Assembly: GCA_032250835.1 (NCBI GenBank)
Contig: JAVVEA010000013.1
Coordinates: 5,662 to 69,661 of the forward strand
Direction: 5' to 3'
Origin: a bacterium
Lineage (GTDB): Bacteria; SAR324; XYD2-FULL-50-16
Length of the DNA stretch: 64,000 nucleotides
The notes below the pieces were generated by a model, which worked only from the letters and a program-made list of their open reading frames with translations, searched no databases and had not been told where the DNA came from. Below are positions 28,778 to 39,115 of this stretch, piece after piece. The position numbers were made by a program, and so were the translations under genes. Every line of letters begins with the position of its first letter. Position 1 is the first letter of the stretch.

Positions 28778-30454
28778 ATGTCAAAGTTTGTAGCCAAATT
28801 GGCGGAGTTATCCGCCGCGATGAATCAGCAGGAAACCCTGCTGACCGGGCACAGCCCAACGAAGGATTGGATGGAGACGCCCGCCGAGTTTAAGCCCGGC
28901 AACTATTGTTACTCCGCCAAGCCCGAAGCGCTCAACGGTTTGGGTATGCCCAACCCCCGTGAGTGGGACCCTAAAGACCAAGACTGGCAGCTGCCCGATG
29001 ACTGGATGCAACGCATGCGTCAGGGCATGAAGGACCGCTTAGAAAAGAACCGGGCCTTTAAGCTGTTCATGGATATTTGTGTGCGTTGCGGTGCCTGTGC
29101 CGACAAGTGCCACTTCTTTTTGGGCACCGGCGACCCGAAGAACCAGCCGGTCATGCGCGCCGAATTGATGCGCTCTATCTACCGTGGCGAGTTCACCAAG
29201 GCCGGAAAGATTTTAGGCAAGATCGGTGGGGCCCGCAAGTTCACCGAAGAGGCGGTCAAGGAATGGTACATGTATTATTACCAGTGTACCGAGTGCCGCC
29301 GCTGTTCGGTTTTCTGCCCTTACGGCATCGACACCGCTGAGATCACCATGATGGCCCGCGAGATGTTGCACCTGATCGGCGTCAACATCAACTGGGTCTT
29401 AAAGCCCGCCAGCGACTGTAACCGCACCGGCAACCACCTCAACCTCGAACCCCACGCCTTCACCGCGGCGGTGGAGAGCATCTGTGAGGACTTAGAGGAC
29501 GTCACCGGTATTGCCATCGAGCCTAGCTTTAACCGCAAAGGTGCCGAGGTTTTGTTCATCACCCCTTCGGCGGACGCCTTTGCCCTGCCGGGTATGTACA
29601 CCATGATGGGCTACCTGCTGCTCTTTGAGCATATCGGCCTAGATTACACCCTTTCGACCTACGCTTCCGAAGGCGGCAACTTCGGGCTCTTCACCGGCAA
29701 TGACGTGATGAAGAAGCTCAACGGCAAGATGTACCACGAAGCCGAGCGCTTGGGCGTCAAATGGATCTTGGGTGGCGAGTGCGGCCATATGTGGCGCGTG
29801 GTGCACCAGTACATGGGCACCATGAACGGTCCGGCCAACTTCTTAGACGTGCCCGTCAGCCCGATCACCGGGACGGTCTTCGAGCAAGCCCGCGCGACCA
29901 AGATGGTCCATATCAACGAGTTCACCGCCGATTTGATCCGGCACAACAAACTCAAGCTGGACCCCAGCCGCAACGACCACCGCAAGGTGACCTTCCACGA
30001 CTCCTGCAACACCAGCCGGGGTATGGGGATGATCGAGGAGCCCCGCTACATCCTCGACCATGTAGTCAACAACTTCCACGAGATGGACGAAGAGACGATC
30101 AAGGAAAAGACCTTCTGCTGCGGTTCTGGTTCCGGCCTGAACACTGAAGAATACATGGACATCCGCATGCGCGGCGGCTTCCCCCGCGCCGGTGCGGTCA
30201 AGAAAGTCCGCGAGAAGCATGGCGTAGATATGCTCACGGCCATCTGCGCCATCGACCGGGTGGCCTTGACGGCGAGCATGAACTATTGGAACCCCGGCGT
30301 TGAGGTCAGTGGCCTGCACGAACTGGTCGGCAACGCGTTGATCATGGACGGCGAAAAAAGCCGTGATGAGGACCTGCGCGAAGATGAAATGGATGTCGAA
30401 GTCAAAGGAATCGACGCCGAAGCCGAAACCGAAGCCGAAGAAGGGGAGGAATAA
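28778..30454 (+). CDS. dsrK: DsrK Fe-S heterodisulfide-reductase-like subunit
   Basis: CVRCGACADKCH, CTECRRCSVFCP, GECGH, FHDSCN, CCGSGSG. Confidence 0.96.
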   Translation: MSKFVAKLAELSAAMNQQETLLTGHSPTKDWMETPAEFKPGNYCYSAKPEALNGLGMPNPREWDPKDQDWQLPDDWMQRMRQGMKDRLEKNRAFKLFMDICVRCGACADKCHFFLGTGDPKNQPVMRAELMRSIYRGEFTKAGKILGKIGGARKFTEEAVKEWYMYYYQCTECRRCSVFCPYGIDTAEITMMAREMLHLIGVNINWVLKPASDCNRTGNHLNLEPHAFTAAVESICEDLEDVTGIAIEPSFNRKGAEVLFITPSADAFALPGMYTMMGYLLLFEHIGLDYTLSTYASEGGNFGLFTGNDVMKKLNGKMYHEAERLGVKWILGGECGHMWRVVHQYMGTMNGPANFLDVPVSPITGTVFEQARATKMVHINEFTADLIRHNKLKLDPSRNDHRKVTFHDSCNTSRGMGMIEEPRYILDHVVNNFHEMDEETIKEKTFCCGSGSGLNTEEYMDIRMRGGFPRAGAVKKVREKHGVDMLTAICAIDRVALTASMNYWNPGVEVSGLHELVGNALIMDGEKSRDEDLREDEMDVEVKGIDAEAETEAEEGEE

Positions 30455-30457
30455 AGG

Positions 30458-30904
30458 ATGTATAACGCTAAAATCGTCATCCCCGTACTGCTAGTGTTTC
30501 TGGGGCTGTTGACCTATCCGCTCTGGTCGCCTAAGGGCAGCCATCAGCACGAGACCCACCGAACTTTAGCCCAGCCCAAGGGTGAGCAATGCGTGGAGTC
30601 GGCCCGTTGGATGCGGGCGAACCACATGCAGTTGCTGGAAAACTGGCGGCATTCGGTGGTCCGGGACCAACAACGCACCTACGTCGCCACCGACGGCAAA
30701 CATTACGACAAAAGTTTGACCAATACTTGTCTAGGTTGCCACGGCCCGGCCGAGCATTTCTGTGACGAGTGCCATGGTTACACCAGTGTCAAGCCTTACT
30801 GCTGGACCTGTCACTTAGATGAACCGCCAGCCGCAGGCAGCGAAAATCCCCATAGCCCCGCGATGGAGTTAAGTAAAGCGATGGAGGCCCAAGATGCAAG
30901 ATGA
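30458..30904 (+). CDS. dsrJ: DsrJ triheme cytochrome c
   Basis: N-terminal TM; CVES..WMRANHM; CLGCH, CDECH, CWTCH. Confidence 0.94.
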   Translation: MYNAKIVIPVLLVFLGLLTYPLWSPKGSHQHETHRTLAQPKGEQCVESARWMRANHMQLLENWRHSVVRDQQRTYVATDGKHYDKSLTNTCLGCHGPAEHFCDECHGYTSVKPYCWTCHLDEPPAAGSENPHSPAMELSKAMEAQDAR

Positions 30905-31673
30905 CCGCCGGACTTTTCTAAAAACCCTGGGCCTGGGCTCCTTGGTTAGCCTTGGGGGTTTTGCCTTTTTGCAACGACTCGGCGGGCCTAGCCAAGCGCT
31001 GGCTTCGGGCGCGCATCTGGCTAAGGCCGATCCCAACGTTAAGCGCTGGGGTATGGTGATCGACATGAGCCTCTGTAAAGAAGGCTGCAACGACTGCGTC
31101 ACGGTCTGCCACTCTCGCCACAATGTGCCGGATCATGGCAACAAAAAGGACGAGATTAAGTGGATTTGGAAGGCACCGTACCAAAATGTGTTCACCGAAA
31201 AGAACCACAGCTACACCCAAGAAGGTTTGCTGGAAAAACCCTTTTTGACGCTCTGCAACCACTGCGACAACCCCCCTTGCGTACGGGTTTGCCCCACTCA
31301 GGCTACCTTTAAGCGCGGCGACGGGATCGTCCAGATGGATTTCCACCGCTGTATTGGTTGCCGCTTTTGTATGGCCGGTTGCCCCTATGGTTCGCGCAGC
31401 TTTAACTGGCGCGACCCCCGCGAAAATATCCAAGAGATCGACCCCCACTTCCCCACCCGTGAGCGCGGTGTGGTGGAAAAGTGTAACTTCTGCGCCGAGC
31501 GGATCGACCGGGGGCAAATGCCCCACTGTGTCGAAACCTGCAAAGAGGGCGTCTTGACCTTCGGCAACCTAAACGACCCCAATTCGGAGGTCCGTCAGGT
31601 GCTCAAGGAGAAGAAAACGATCCAGCGCAAACCGGCACTGGGCACGCAGCCTTCGGTGTTTTACGTTATTTAA
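30894..31673 (+). CDS. dsrO: DsrO periplasmic ferredoxin-like subunit
   Basis: Tat signal RRTFLK; CNHCDNPPCVRVCP, CIGCRFCMAGCP, KCNFC. Confidence 0.95.
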   Translation: MQDDRRTFLKTLGLGSLVSLGGFAFLQRLGGPSQALASGAHLAKADPNVKRWGMVIDMSLCKEGCNDCVTVCHSRHNVPDHGNKKDEIKWIWKAPYQNVFTEKNHSYTQEGLLEKPFLTLCNHCDNPPCVRVCPTQATFKRGDGIVQMDFHRCIGCRFCMAGCPYGSRSFNWRDPRENIQEIDPHFPTRERGVVEKCNFCAERIDRGQMPHCVETCKEGVLTFGNLNDPNSEVRQVLKEKKTIQRKPALGTQPSVFYVI

Positions 31674-31688
31674 ATCGGGAGTATAACC

Positions 31689-32840
31689 ATGATCGAAAAG
31701 GCACTCACCGGAGACAAGCGGTATTTTGGATGGCTCGCCATTTTGGGCCTGATCGCCGCCAACGGGGTCTTTTATTATCTCAAGCAGCTTGAATACGGCC
31801 TAGGGATCACCGGTATGAGCCGCGACATCTCCTGGGGCGTTTACATCGCCCAATTCACCTTTATGGTTGGCGTCGCCGCCAGTGCGGTGATGTTGGTGCT
31901 GCCTTATTACATCCACAACTATAAGCCCTTCGGCAAGATTGTGATCTTAGGCGAGTTCTTGGCCATCGCCGCAGTGAGCATGTGTTTGATGTTCATCGTC
32001 GTGGATATGGGCCATCCGGACCGCTTCTTAAACGTTTTGCGCTACCCAACGCCCCATTCCATGTTGTTTTGGGATGCCATGGTGCTCAACGTCTATTTGG
32101 TCTTAAACATAATCTGCGGTTGGGTGGTATTAGAGTCCGAAAAAAAGGGCACGCCGCCACCCAAATGGGTCAAGCCCTTGATCTATCTTTCGGTGCCCTG
32201 GGCTTTCTCGATCCACACCGTGACCGCCTTCTTGTATGCGGGTCTGCCGGGCCGCCATTTGTGGATGACCGCCATCATGGCTCCGCGCTTTTTGGCTTCG
32301 GCCTTTGCTGCCGGTCCTGCTTTGTTGATCCTGCTGTCGCTGTTGCTCAAGCGGATCGCCAACTTCGACATCGGCAAGGAAGCAACCCAAAAGCTGGTGA
32401 CTATCATCACCTACGGCATCTTGGCGAACTTCTTCTTCATCGGTTTGGAGTTCTTTACGGCCTATTATTCCGGCATCCCCAGCCACCAGCATAACCTGGA
32501 GTACCTCTTCTTTGTGCTGGAAGGTCATGGCAACCTAGTCCCCTTCTTGTGGACCTCGGTCTTCTTGGGCGCGGCGGGTATTGTGGGGCTTTTTTGGCCA
32601 GGATTGCGGCACAATGAAAAGGCCCTGGGCTTGATCTGCGGAGCCATCTTCTTGTCTTTGTGGATCGATAAAGGGATTGGTTTGGTGATCGGCGGTTTTG
32701 TCCCCAACCCGCTGAACGAAATCACCGAATATTACATCACCTGGCCGGAATTCTCGATCACCCTGGGTATCTGGGCGATTGGTGCGATGATTCTGACTGT
32801 CTTGTATAAGATTGCGCTGAGCGTCAAAATGGCTAAATGA
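31689..32840 (+). CDS. dsrP: DsrP (NrfD/PsrC family) membrane subunit
   Basis: [47 protein letters not shown]. Confidence 0.95.
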   Translation: MIEKALTGDKRYFGWLAILGLIAANGVFYYLKQLEYGLGITGMSRDISWGVYIAQFTFMVGVAASAVMLVLPYYIHNYKPFGKIVILGEFLAIAAVSMCLMFIVVDMGHPDRFLNVLRYPTPHSMLFWDAMVLNVYLVLNIICGWVVLESEKKGTPPPKWVKPLIYLSVPWAFSIHTVTAFLYAGLPGRHLWMTAIMAPRFLASAFAAGPALLILLSLLLKRIANFDIGKEATQKLVTIITYGILANFFFIGLEFFTAYYSGIPSHQHNLEYLFFVLEGHGNLVPFLWTSVFLGAAGIVGLFWPGLRHNEKALGLICGAIFLSLWIDKGIGLVIGGFVPNPLNEITEYYITWPEFSITLGIWAIGAMILTVLYKIALSVKMAK

Positions 32841-32841
32841 G

Positions 32842-33252
32842 ATGGAAGTGATGATGGAATTCGACCGCCACCAACTAGAAATGGCTCTGGCCTATGCTGA
32901 ATTTGCCGAGATTAGCGCCAAGCTGATGCCCGACGGCCAGATCCAGTTTGAACGCAGCGCTCTGCCCGAGGGGTTAGAGCCCGAGTTGATCGAAGAGATC
33001 AACTTTGTGGCCGATTATTACCAGCGCTCGGTTTTTAATGGCGACTTAGAATCCGACGAGTTGGACGCCACGGTACCGGGCTTCGACGATCCCTTAGAGG
33101 AGCTTAACTTCAAACTCAAGCGCTATCAGGGTGAGTTTGTAACGGAATTGAAAAAAACCCTGGGGATCGCCGACCACCGCAGCATCAATCCCTTCGCGCG
33201 GGCCATGCTGCTGTACTCGGCAGAGCAGGGCAACGACCCGAAGAAAAAGTAG
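32842..33252 (+). CDS. Hypothetical acidic protein, last gene of the dsr operon
   Basis: Starts 1 nt after the dsrP stop; host-like codon usage; followed by hairpins. Confidence 0.75.
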   Translation: MEVMMEFDRHQLEMALAYAEFAEISAKLMPDGQIQFERSALPEGLEPELIEEINFVADYYQRSVFNGDLESDELDATVPGFDDPLEELNFKLKRYQGEFVTELKKTLGIADHRSINPFARAMLLYSAEQGNDPKKK

Positions 33253-33637
33253 ACCCACCCTATGGAACTGTTCCTCTCGAACAGTTCCCTGAGGGCCCCA
33301 GGGGCTTCGGTCCTTGGGGTCTTGCCCCTTTTCGACCCCCTTTTTTTCTTTCCTACTCGCTGGATTCTCCTTGGGTTAGGCCCGTTGCTTTTTACGGTGA
33401 TTTCGTGAACCGCGAGTCCCGAGGCCCCTCCCTATTACCTCAAAGGGCTCCGGTTGGGACCCTATCTTTGTGCCCCCTGAATATTTGGGACAAAAAAGGA
33501 CAGGCTTCTGTTTGGTATTGGTAAAATTTTTATTTCCTGATAGCTTATGGGGACTTCACCTTAGTAGTGGGTCGCGGTGGTCTTCTGGCTCCTTTGGGGT
33601 CATGGGATTTGGGTTAGTAAACTTTCAGGAGCCTCAA

Positions 33638-33997
33638 ATGAAATGGATTGTTTCAGTGTTTGCATTGTTGGTTTTGGCTAGCCCCGCTATGGCAGCCATG
33701 GACAGCGCCGCTTTTTGCGACGAAATGGCTACCCAGGTGGGTGGTGACGACAAGTTGGTCTTAGACTGCCTAAAGCAAGAAAAAGAAGCGAAGGATAGCC
33801 TTGCTGCGATGCAGGTACCCGAGAAAACCTTGACCTTCTGCACTACTGTGGCGGGCGCTGTGGGCGGTAGCTATAAAGCGCTGGCCGACTGCGTAGACAA
33901 GGAACTAAACCCCCAGGTCGAAGCCCCCGCCGAGCCGGTTGAAACCGCTGAAGCCGCCGCTCCTGCGGGCGAATCAGCCGCCAAGGAAGCCCAGTAA
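33638..33997 (+). CDS. Small secreted protein with four cysteines and an Ala/Glu/Pro-rich tail
   Basis: AGGAG RBS; signal peptide MKWIVSVFALLVLASPAMA; C..C..C..C pattern. Confidence 0.8.
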   Translation: MKWIVSVFALLVLASPAMAAMDSAAFCDEMATQVGGDDKLVLDCLKQEKEAKDSLAAMQVPEKTLTFCTTVAGAVGGSYKALADCVDKELNPQVEAPAEPVETAEAAAPAGESAAKEAQ

Positions 33998-34015
33998 GAG
34001 ACTGGATTTTTGGGC

Positions 34016-34058
34016 AAAAAAAAGCCCGGTATTCCTTTAGGAATACCGGGCTTTTTTT
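34016..34058. terminator. Bidirectional intrinsic terminator
   Basis: A8-GCCCGGTATTCCT-TT-AGGAATACCGGGC-T7 between convergent genes. Confidence 0.9.
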
Positions 34059-34077
34059 GTTTGTGGGCCCAAGTCGT

Positions 34078-34737
34078 TTAACCGAAGATGCGGACCTTTT
34101 TCTTCATCACATCAGACTTGAAGTGGTTGACGATTTCGGTCAGGTCATGGGCCACCAAGTCGGCTACCGTGTGGAAGTGCTTCCTTTCTTTTAGTTTGTG
34201 GAACCGGATATTTAGGTAGTTGTTGATCTGGTGCCCCGGTTGGCGGCGCTGGTCGGCAAAGATGTCTTTAAGGCCGTAGCGCAGCCAATTCCAAAAGTGG
34301 TTTTTAAAGAGCAACATGGCCAATAGGCGTTCCATGTCGGTATCGCCCTGGATCCGTTGGCTTAGTTCCTGGACCGCTTGGCGCTTGAGCTGTTCCGCCT
34401 CTTCAAAAGGCAGCATGGCTACTTCGTTTTTGATCCGCAGCAAGGCCGTCTCGCGCACCGATTTGCGACAATAGGCCTGGAAACTAGCGAGCAAAACGTC
34501 GGTCATTTTCTGAGGATTTTTGTCGTACTGGGCGTAGGCTTTGGTGATTTCTTCAGGGTTGAGGGGGTCGATAAAGGTTTCTTTAGACATGATCTCGCGG
34601 ATCAGTTCGACCCGCTCGTCGGCGCTGGAGGGTTCGGCCGCTTTGATGTTCTCTTCTAGCTTCTCCTCCGGGGACTTTTCCTCAGGGACCTCTTCCTTGG
34701 GCGTTTCGTCTTCGGATTTGAGCAAATGTTCGGCCAT
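34078..34737 (-). CDS. Hypothetical protein
   Basis: 219-aa ORF with host-like codon usage ending at the terminator; no motif recognised. Confidence 0.75.
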   Translation of the reverse strand: MAEHLLKSEDETPKEEVPEEKSPEEKLEENIKAAEPSSADERVELIREIMSKETFIDPLNPEEITKAYAQYDKNPQKMTDVLLASFQAYCRKSVRETALLRIKNEVAMLPFEEAEQLKRQAVQELSQRIQGDTDMERLLAMLLFKNHFWNWLRYGLKDIFADQRRQPGHQINNYLNIRFHKLKERKHFHTVADLVAHDLTEIVNHFKSDVMKKKVRIFG

Positions 34738-34793
34738 AAAGAGTCAGCTAAGTAGGTTGGTTCCCACAAATTCCTATGAAAAGGTCTTAAGCG

Positions 34794-35594
34794 TCAAGCC
34801 CTTTCGGCTTTATCACCCGGAGGTTCCTGGGAACTCGCCTCATTTTTTACTGAGGGGTCTGGCTCAGGTGCTTCCGCTTTGGGGGCTGGTGGCTTTTCAA
34901 ACAATGCCTTAGGGTGGGCAAAGTTGAGCAGCGTTTTGGTTTCGGTGGGGTCAGTAAATTCAACGCCATATTTGATGCAGAGCCGTTTGTTGGAATAGCC
35001 TCGATAGATTTCGCGGATTTCCTCGTCGGTGGCTGCCGACTCAAGAAGCAAGCTGATAAAAGAAATGTTGAAGGCCATCATGGCCTGATGGTGCAACTTG
35101 GCGTGGTTGCGGGTGCCCATGGTTTTCATGATCATCACGTCCAGTTTGCCGAAGACGTTTTTGGGGTCATGTTTGCGTTTGATGCCCCGGGCAAAAAAGT
35201 ATTTGGTGATTTCCCGTTCCACTTCCTCGACCGAAAGCAACAAGAAGAGGCGGAAGTTCTTCATGGTTCCGTCGACTAAGACCCCGCCCTTTTTGGGTTG
35301 GGTTTCAAAAAAGAACTTGAGGCCCAACTGGCGGCCGATAAAACCATCGGCTTGGTGGTTGACCCATTCCTCTACTTGAGCAAAGGACATAAATTTATTG
35401 GTCGGGATGTCTTGGATATAAGAGCAGCCGCCAACACTCAAATCGCCTAGGCTATAAAGCCGCTCAGAAACCACCACAACCAAGCCCAGCAAGCCGTTGC
35501 TGGCTAGATCGAAGCGGATCGCCTTGGGGTGTTCGGGGTGGTTAAATACCACCCAAGGGATGGATGGGTCCGAGGGGATGAGTTCGTAAGCCAT
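34794..35594 (-). CDS. Hypothetical protein
   Basis: 266-aa ORF, co-oriented with neighbours; no motif recognised. Confidence 0.75.
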   Translation of the reverse strand: MAYELIPSDPSIPWVVFNHPEHPKAIRFDLASNGLLGLVVVVSERLYSLGDLSVGGCSYIQDIPTNKFMSFAQVEEWVNHQADGFIGRQLGLKFFFETQPKKGGVLVDGTMKNFRLFLLLSVEEVEREITKYFFARGIKRKHDPKNVFGKLDVMIMKTMGTRNHAKLHHQAMMAFNISFISLLLESAATDEEIREIYRGYSNKRLCIKYGVEFTDPTETKTLLNFAHPKALFEKPPAPKAEAPEPDPSVKNEASSQEPPGDKAERA

Positions 35595-35697
35595 GGCCGA
35601 GTTACCTAGCAGGGTTTATTGATAAGATAGCACCCCTAGCGGCAATCGGCCAGACCCCAAGATGGCGGGGCCCAAAAGGGCCCGCCTCTCTGCGGCG

Positions 35698-36408
35698 TTA
35701 CTTGAGCAGTGTTTTCATGTGTAGGTCTACATGGCTGGTGATGGTCTCGGCCATCTGCTCAACGCTGTTTTTTTCGTTGTTAAAGACGAGGTGGAAGTTG
35801 CTGATGTCGTTCATATCGCAACCTAGGAAGCGGTTGATAAAGTTTTCGCGTTCCTTTTCCTTTTCTTCCATCATCGCCAAAACCGCGTCGCGCCCCTGCT
35901 TACTTCGGTCCATCAGAGAGTTGATGCGGTATTCTTCTGAGGCATCTAAGCGGAAGTGGAAACAACGTTTTAGCTCTGCGGTGACCACCGAAGCGCCCCG
36001 GCCCACGAAAATTGCCCGGCCTTCTTCAGCGAGGCTCATGATGGTTTTGACCATCAGCTCATAAACGTCCGCATCAGAGGTCCAGTGGGGATCGATGTTG
36101 GACATCAAGGAGTCATAAAAGACGTTCTTGCGGCCAAAATTTTCCAGTAACTTCCGCGAGACGTTGTTGTCTTGCAAGATCTTGTCGATCAGCGAGCGGT
36201 CAAAAATGGTCCAGCGGTGGCCAACATCCAACTGCTCCAACCGTTCTTTTAATGCCACGGCCAACGGATACCCTTCACAGCCAAAGGCGCGCGAGAGAGT
36301 TATGCTGAAGCGATATTTGGCGGTCGGGTCCGGCTCGGCGACCTTTTTTTGTGTTTCCAGCCAGTTGGCGATACGTTGGTCTACCGAGGGGAGAATATCG
36401 AAATGCAT
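35698..36408 (-). CDS. Cytidylate kinase-like family protein
   Basis: ITLSRAFGCEG, AIFVGRGA, FHFRLDAS..YR, FHLVFN; ATG at 36408 preferred. Confidence 0.8.
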   Translation of the reverse strand: MHFDILPSVDQRIANWLETQKKVAEPDPTAKYRFSITLSRAFGCEGYPLAVALKERLEQLDVGHRWTIFDRSLIDKILQDNNVSRKLLENFGRKNVFYDSLMSNIDPHWTSDADVYELMVKTIMSLAEEGRAIFVGRGASVVTAELKRCFHFRLDASEEYRINSLMDRSKQGRDAVLAMMEEKEKERENFINRFLGCDMNDISNFHLVFNNEKNSVEQMAETITSHVDLHMKTLLK

Positions 36409-36597
36409 TGTTCTGCCTATAAAGTTTCTGTTGGGTTTTTGGCTACCAATAGTGCCCCGCACATGCCTTCCAGACTAACTCAAGGCTTGCTTTGGGGCAA
36501 TAGCGAAATGACTATCTTGGATAGGTCAAAAGGTGGACAGATGTTTCCTATTGAGGTAGAAAGGAAAAAATCATTTTAATTAATAACGTGAGTCTTT

Positions 36598-38130
36598 ATG
36601 TCTACCGCCATCGCCCACTCTGCCAGCATCCTTGGCGTTGATGCCCACTTGGTTGAGGTTGAGGCCGACGTATCTATAGGACTGGGCACCTTTAATATTG
36701 TGGGGCTGCCCGATTCGGGTATCCGTGAAAGCCGCGACCGTATCTCGGCGGCAATCAACAATGCCGCCGGGGGTTTCCCGATCCGTAAGGTGATCGTCAA
36801 CTTGGCTCCGGCGGACTTACCCAAAGGCGGCACCGGCTTTGACCTGCCCATTGCCTGCGCGATTTTACAGGCCAGCGACAAGCTTCCAGCGAAGGCATTA
36901 GAGGGCAAGTTGCTGGTTGGTGAGTTGTCTTTAGAGGGGCGCTTGAGGCCAGTTAACGGGATTTTGGCCATGGCCTTAGCGGCCCAACAGGCGGGCATAA
37001 CCGAGTTGGTGGTGCCGGTGGAGAATGCCCCCTCGGCGGCTTTGGTCGAAGGGATCGAGGTGTATTTTGCCGAAACCTTACCCCAGGTGGTCCAGCATCT
37101 TGCGGGCCACCGGTTGCTGCCGCGCTATGACCGACCTGCCGCCATTGACCCCCAAGTGGCCTGGGGCGACCAGCTGGACTTTGCTGACGTGAAGGGACAA
37201 GAGACCGCCAAACGGGCCTTGGAAATCGCTGCTGCAGGCAAGCATAACGTGCTCTTTACCGGCCCGCCCGGTTCGGGTAAGTCCATGCTGGCCAAACGTT
37301 TGCCCGGCATCTTGCCGCCCATGAGCTTCACCGAAACCATCGACGCCACCAAAATCCACGGCATTGCCGGGCGGCTCCCGCCGGGCAAGGAACGCTTGGC
37401 CCTGCGCCCCTTCCAGAGCCCCCACCACAGTGTTTCTGGGGCAGGCTTGATCGGCGGGGGGACCTTCCCGAAGCCCGGTGAGGTTTCGCTGGCCCACCAT
37501 GGCGTTTTGTTTTTAGATGAGTTGCCCGAATACCCCCGCAATATTTTAGACCTGCTGCGCCAGCCGATCGAAGACCGTCAGGTCACCATCAGCCGGGCCA
37601 AATCCAGCCTGACCTTCCCGTCCGACTTTTTACTGGTCGCCGCCATGAACCCCTGCCCTTGCGGCTATCTGGGCGACGTCAAGAAAACCTGCCAGTGTTC
37701 GGCTTCGCAGGTGCTCAAATACCGTGGCCGGATTTCCGGTCCCTTGATGGACCGCATTGATTTGCAGGTGGAGATGCCCGCTTTAAGTTATGAGGAAATG
37801 AACTTCGCCAAATCCGGCGAAAGCAGTGCGGCGATCCGCGAACGGGTGGCCCAGGCCAGGGCCCGCCAACAGGTCCGCTTCGGCGACCCCCGGCGCAGCA
37901 ACGCCAACTTGTCGCATAAAGAAGTGGAGCGTTATTGCCAGCTAGACGAGTCGGGCCACCGGCTCTTGAAGATGGCCCTAGAGCGTTTGCGCCTGAGTGG
38001 CCGCGCCCATGATTCGATCCTCAAGGTAGCCCGCAGTATCGCCGATCTGGCGGGCAGCGACTCCATCGCGCTAGAGCACCTCGCCGAAGCGGTCAACTAC
38101 CGGAGCCTGGACCGGGAGGTCCAGTTTTAG
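36598..38130 (+). CDS. comM: YifB/ComM Mg-chelatase-like AAA+ ATPase
   Basis: IVGLPD..IRESRDR, NLAPADLPK, GPPGSGKSMLA, PGEVSLAHHGVLFLDE, NPCPCG, SGPLMDRID. Confidence 0.93.
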   Translation: MSTAIAHSASILGVDAHLVEVEADVSIGLGTFNIVGLPDSGIRESRDRISAAINNAAGGFPIRKVIVNLAPADLPKGGTGFDLPIACAILQASDKLPAKALEGKLLVGELSLEGRLRPVNGILAMALAAQQAGITELVVPVENAPSAALVEGIEVYFAETLPQVVQHLAGHRLLPRYDRPAAIDPQVAWGDQLDFADVKGQETAKRALEIAAAGKHNVLFTGPPGSGKSMLAKRLPGILPPMSFTETIDATKIHGIAGRLPPGKERLALRPFQSPHHSVSGAGLIGGGTFPKPGEVSLAHHGVLFLDELPEYPRNILDLLRQPIEDRQVTISRAKSSLTFPSDFLLVAAMNPCPCGYLGDVKKTCQCSASQVLKYRGRISGPLMDRIDLQVEMPALSYEEMNFAKSGESSAAIRERVAQARARQQVRFGDPRRSNANLSHKEVERYCQLDESGHRLLKMALERLRLSGRAHDSILKVARSIADLAGSDSIALEHLAEAVNYRSLDREVQF

Positions 38131-38398
38131 GCCGCCCTTTCTTTGAGCAGCCGCCCCCAAAAACTTACCTACTTGGTCCCCCTGGTTACAGGGGGTTTTG
38201 TTTGGGGCCCCGGAACCTTAATATGGAGGTTGTTAGAGCGGTCCTTTTGTGGAATAATTAAGAAGAATATCAATTGGTTAATAGGGTGTTTGCCGGTGCG
38301 GCGTAGGGTCCAGGCACGGCAGCTTTTTATCAGGGGACCGGTTGTATGGCCCCGAGCCCATTGGCTGGCTAGGGGAACAATCTGAGGGAGGGGGCAGG

Positions 38399-38812
38399 AT
38401 GAGACCTAGAATTTTGTTGGTCGACGACGACAGCCACAATCTCTACCTGCTTGCCAAGATTGTGCGGCCCTATGGCCGCGTAGAAACGGCGATGGACGGG
38501 AAAAAGGCGATTGCTCTGTTTAAAGAGGGGTTGGAACGGGGCGACCGCTTCCATATTCTTTTTTTAGACATCATCATGCCCGGTTTGTCGGGGCGCGAGG
38601 TGCTGCGCGTGATCCGTGACCATGAATCCATCTGGATGGACCTAGAAGATATGCCCACCACGGTGGTGATGGCTTCGGGGATTACTGAAAAGGAAGTGAT
38701 CCAGCAGAGCTTAAAAGAAGGCAGTGAGTTTTTTATGACCAAGCCCTTCCGGGTAGAGCAGGTCCGGCGGATCATGGACCAACTGGGGCTAGAGGCGGAG
38801 TCGGCTGATTGA
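38399..38812 (+). CDS. Single-domain response regulator (CheY-like)
   Basis: ILLVDD, FLDIIMPG, MAS, TKPF. Confidence 0.88.
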   Translation: MRPRILLVDDDSHNLYLLAKIVRPYGRVETAMDGKKAIALFKEGLERGDRFHILFLDIIMPGLSGREVLRVIRDHESIWMDLEDMPTTVVMASGITEKEVIQQSLKEGSEFFMTKPFRVEQVRRIMDQLGLEAESAD

Positions 38813-39115
38813 GCGGACCCATACCTTTGGCTGATCGTCTCATTAAAGCCTGGCCTGCTTGAGGCAAAGGGTTTGGATAGCCCCGACTTTTCGAAAACAG
38901 GGCTTGGTTCGCCGAGGTATCCGCTAGAGCCGTTGGCGAACGGCGCGGCCCTTTGGAATCAAAGCTGTTTTGCCCCAACAGGTAGCTGGGCTCAGGAATG
39001 CGCGCCAAGGGGTCTAGCCCTTTGACTGCTGCGATACTCAAATTCCTCCGCCGCGCCAGGCCCGTAGAGGGGTTGCCCCCGCCCTGGCCCCTCTCCACCC
39101 AGCCCTTCCCCTGCG

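Noticed and set aside
38772-39098. 108-aa minus-strand ORF between the response regulator and hemJ
   Set aside because: Overlaps the regulator's end, has atypical composition and no motif
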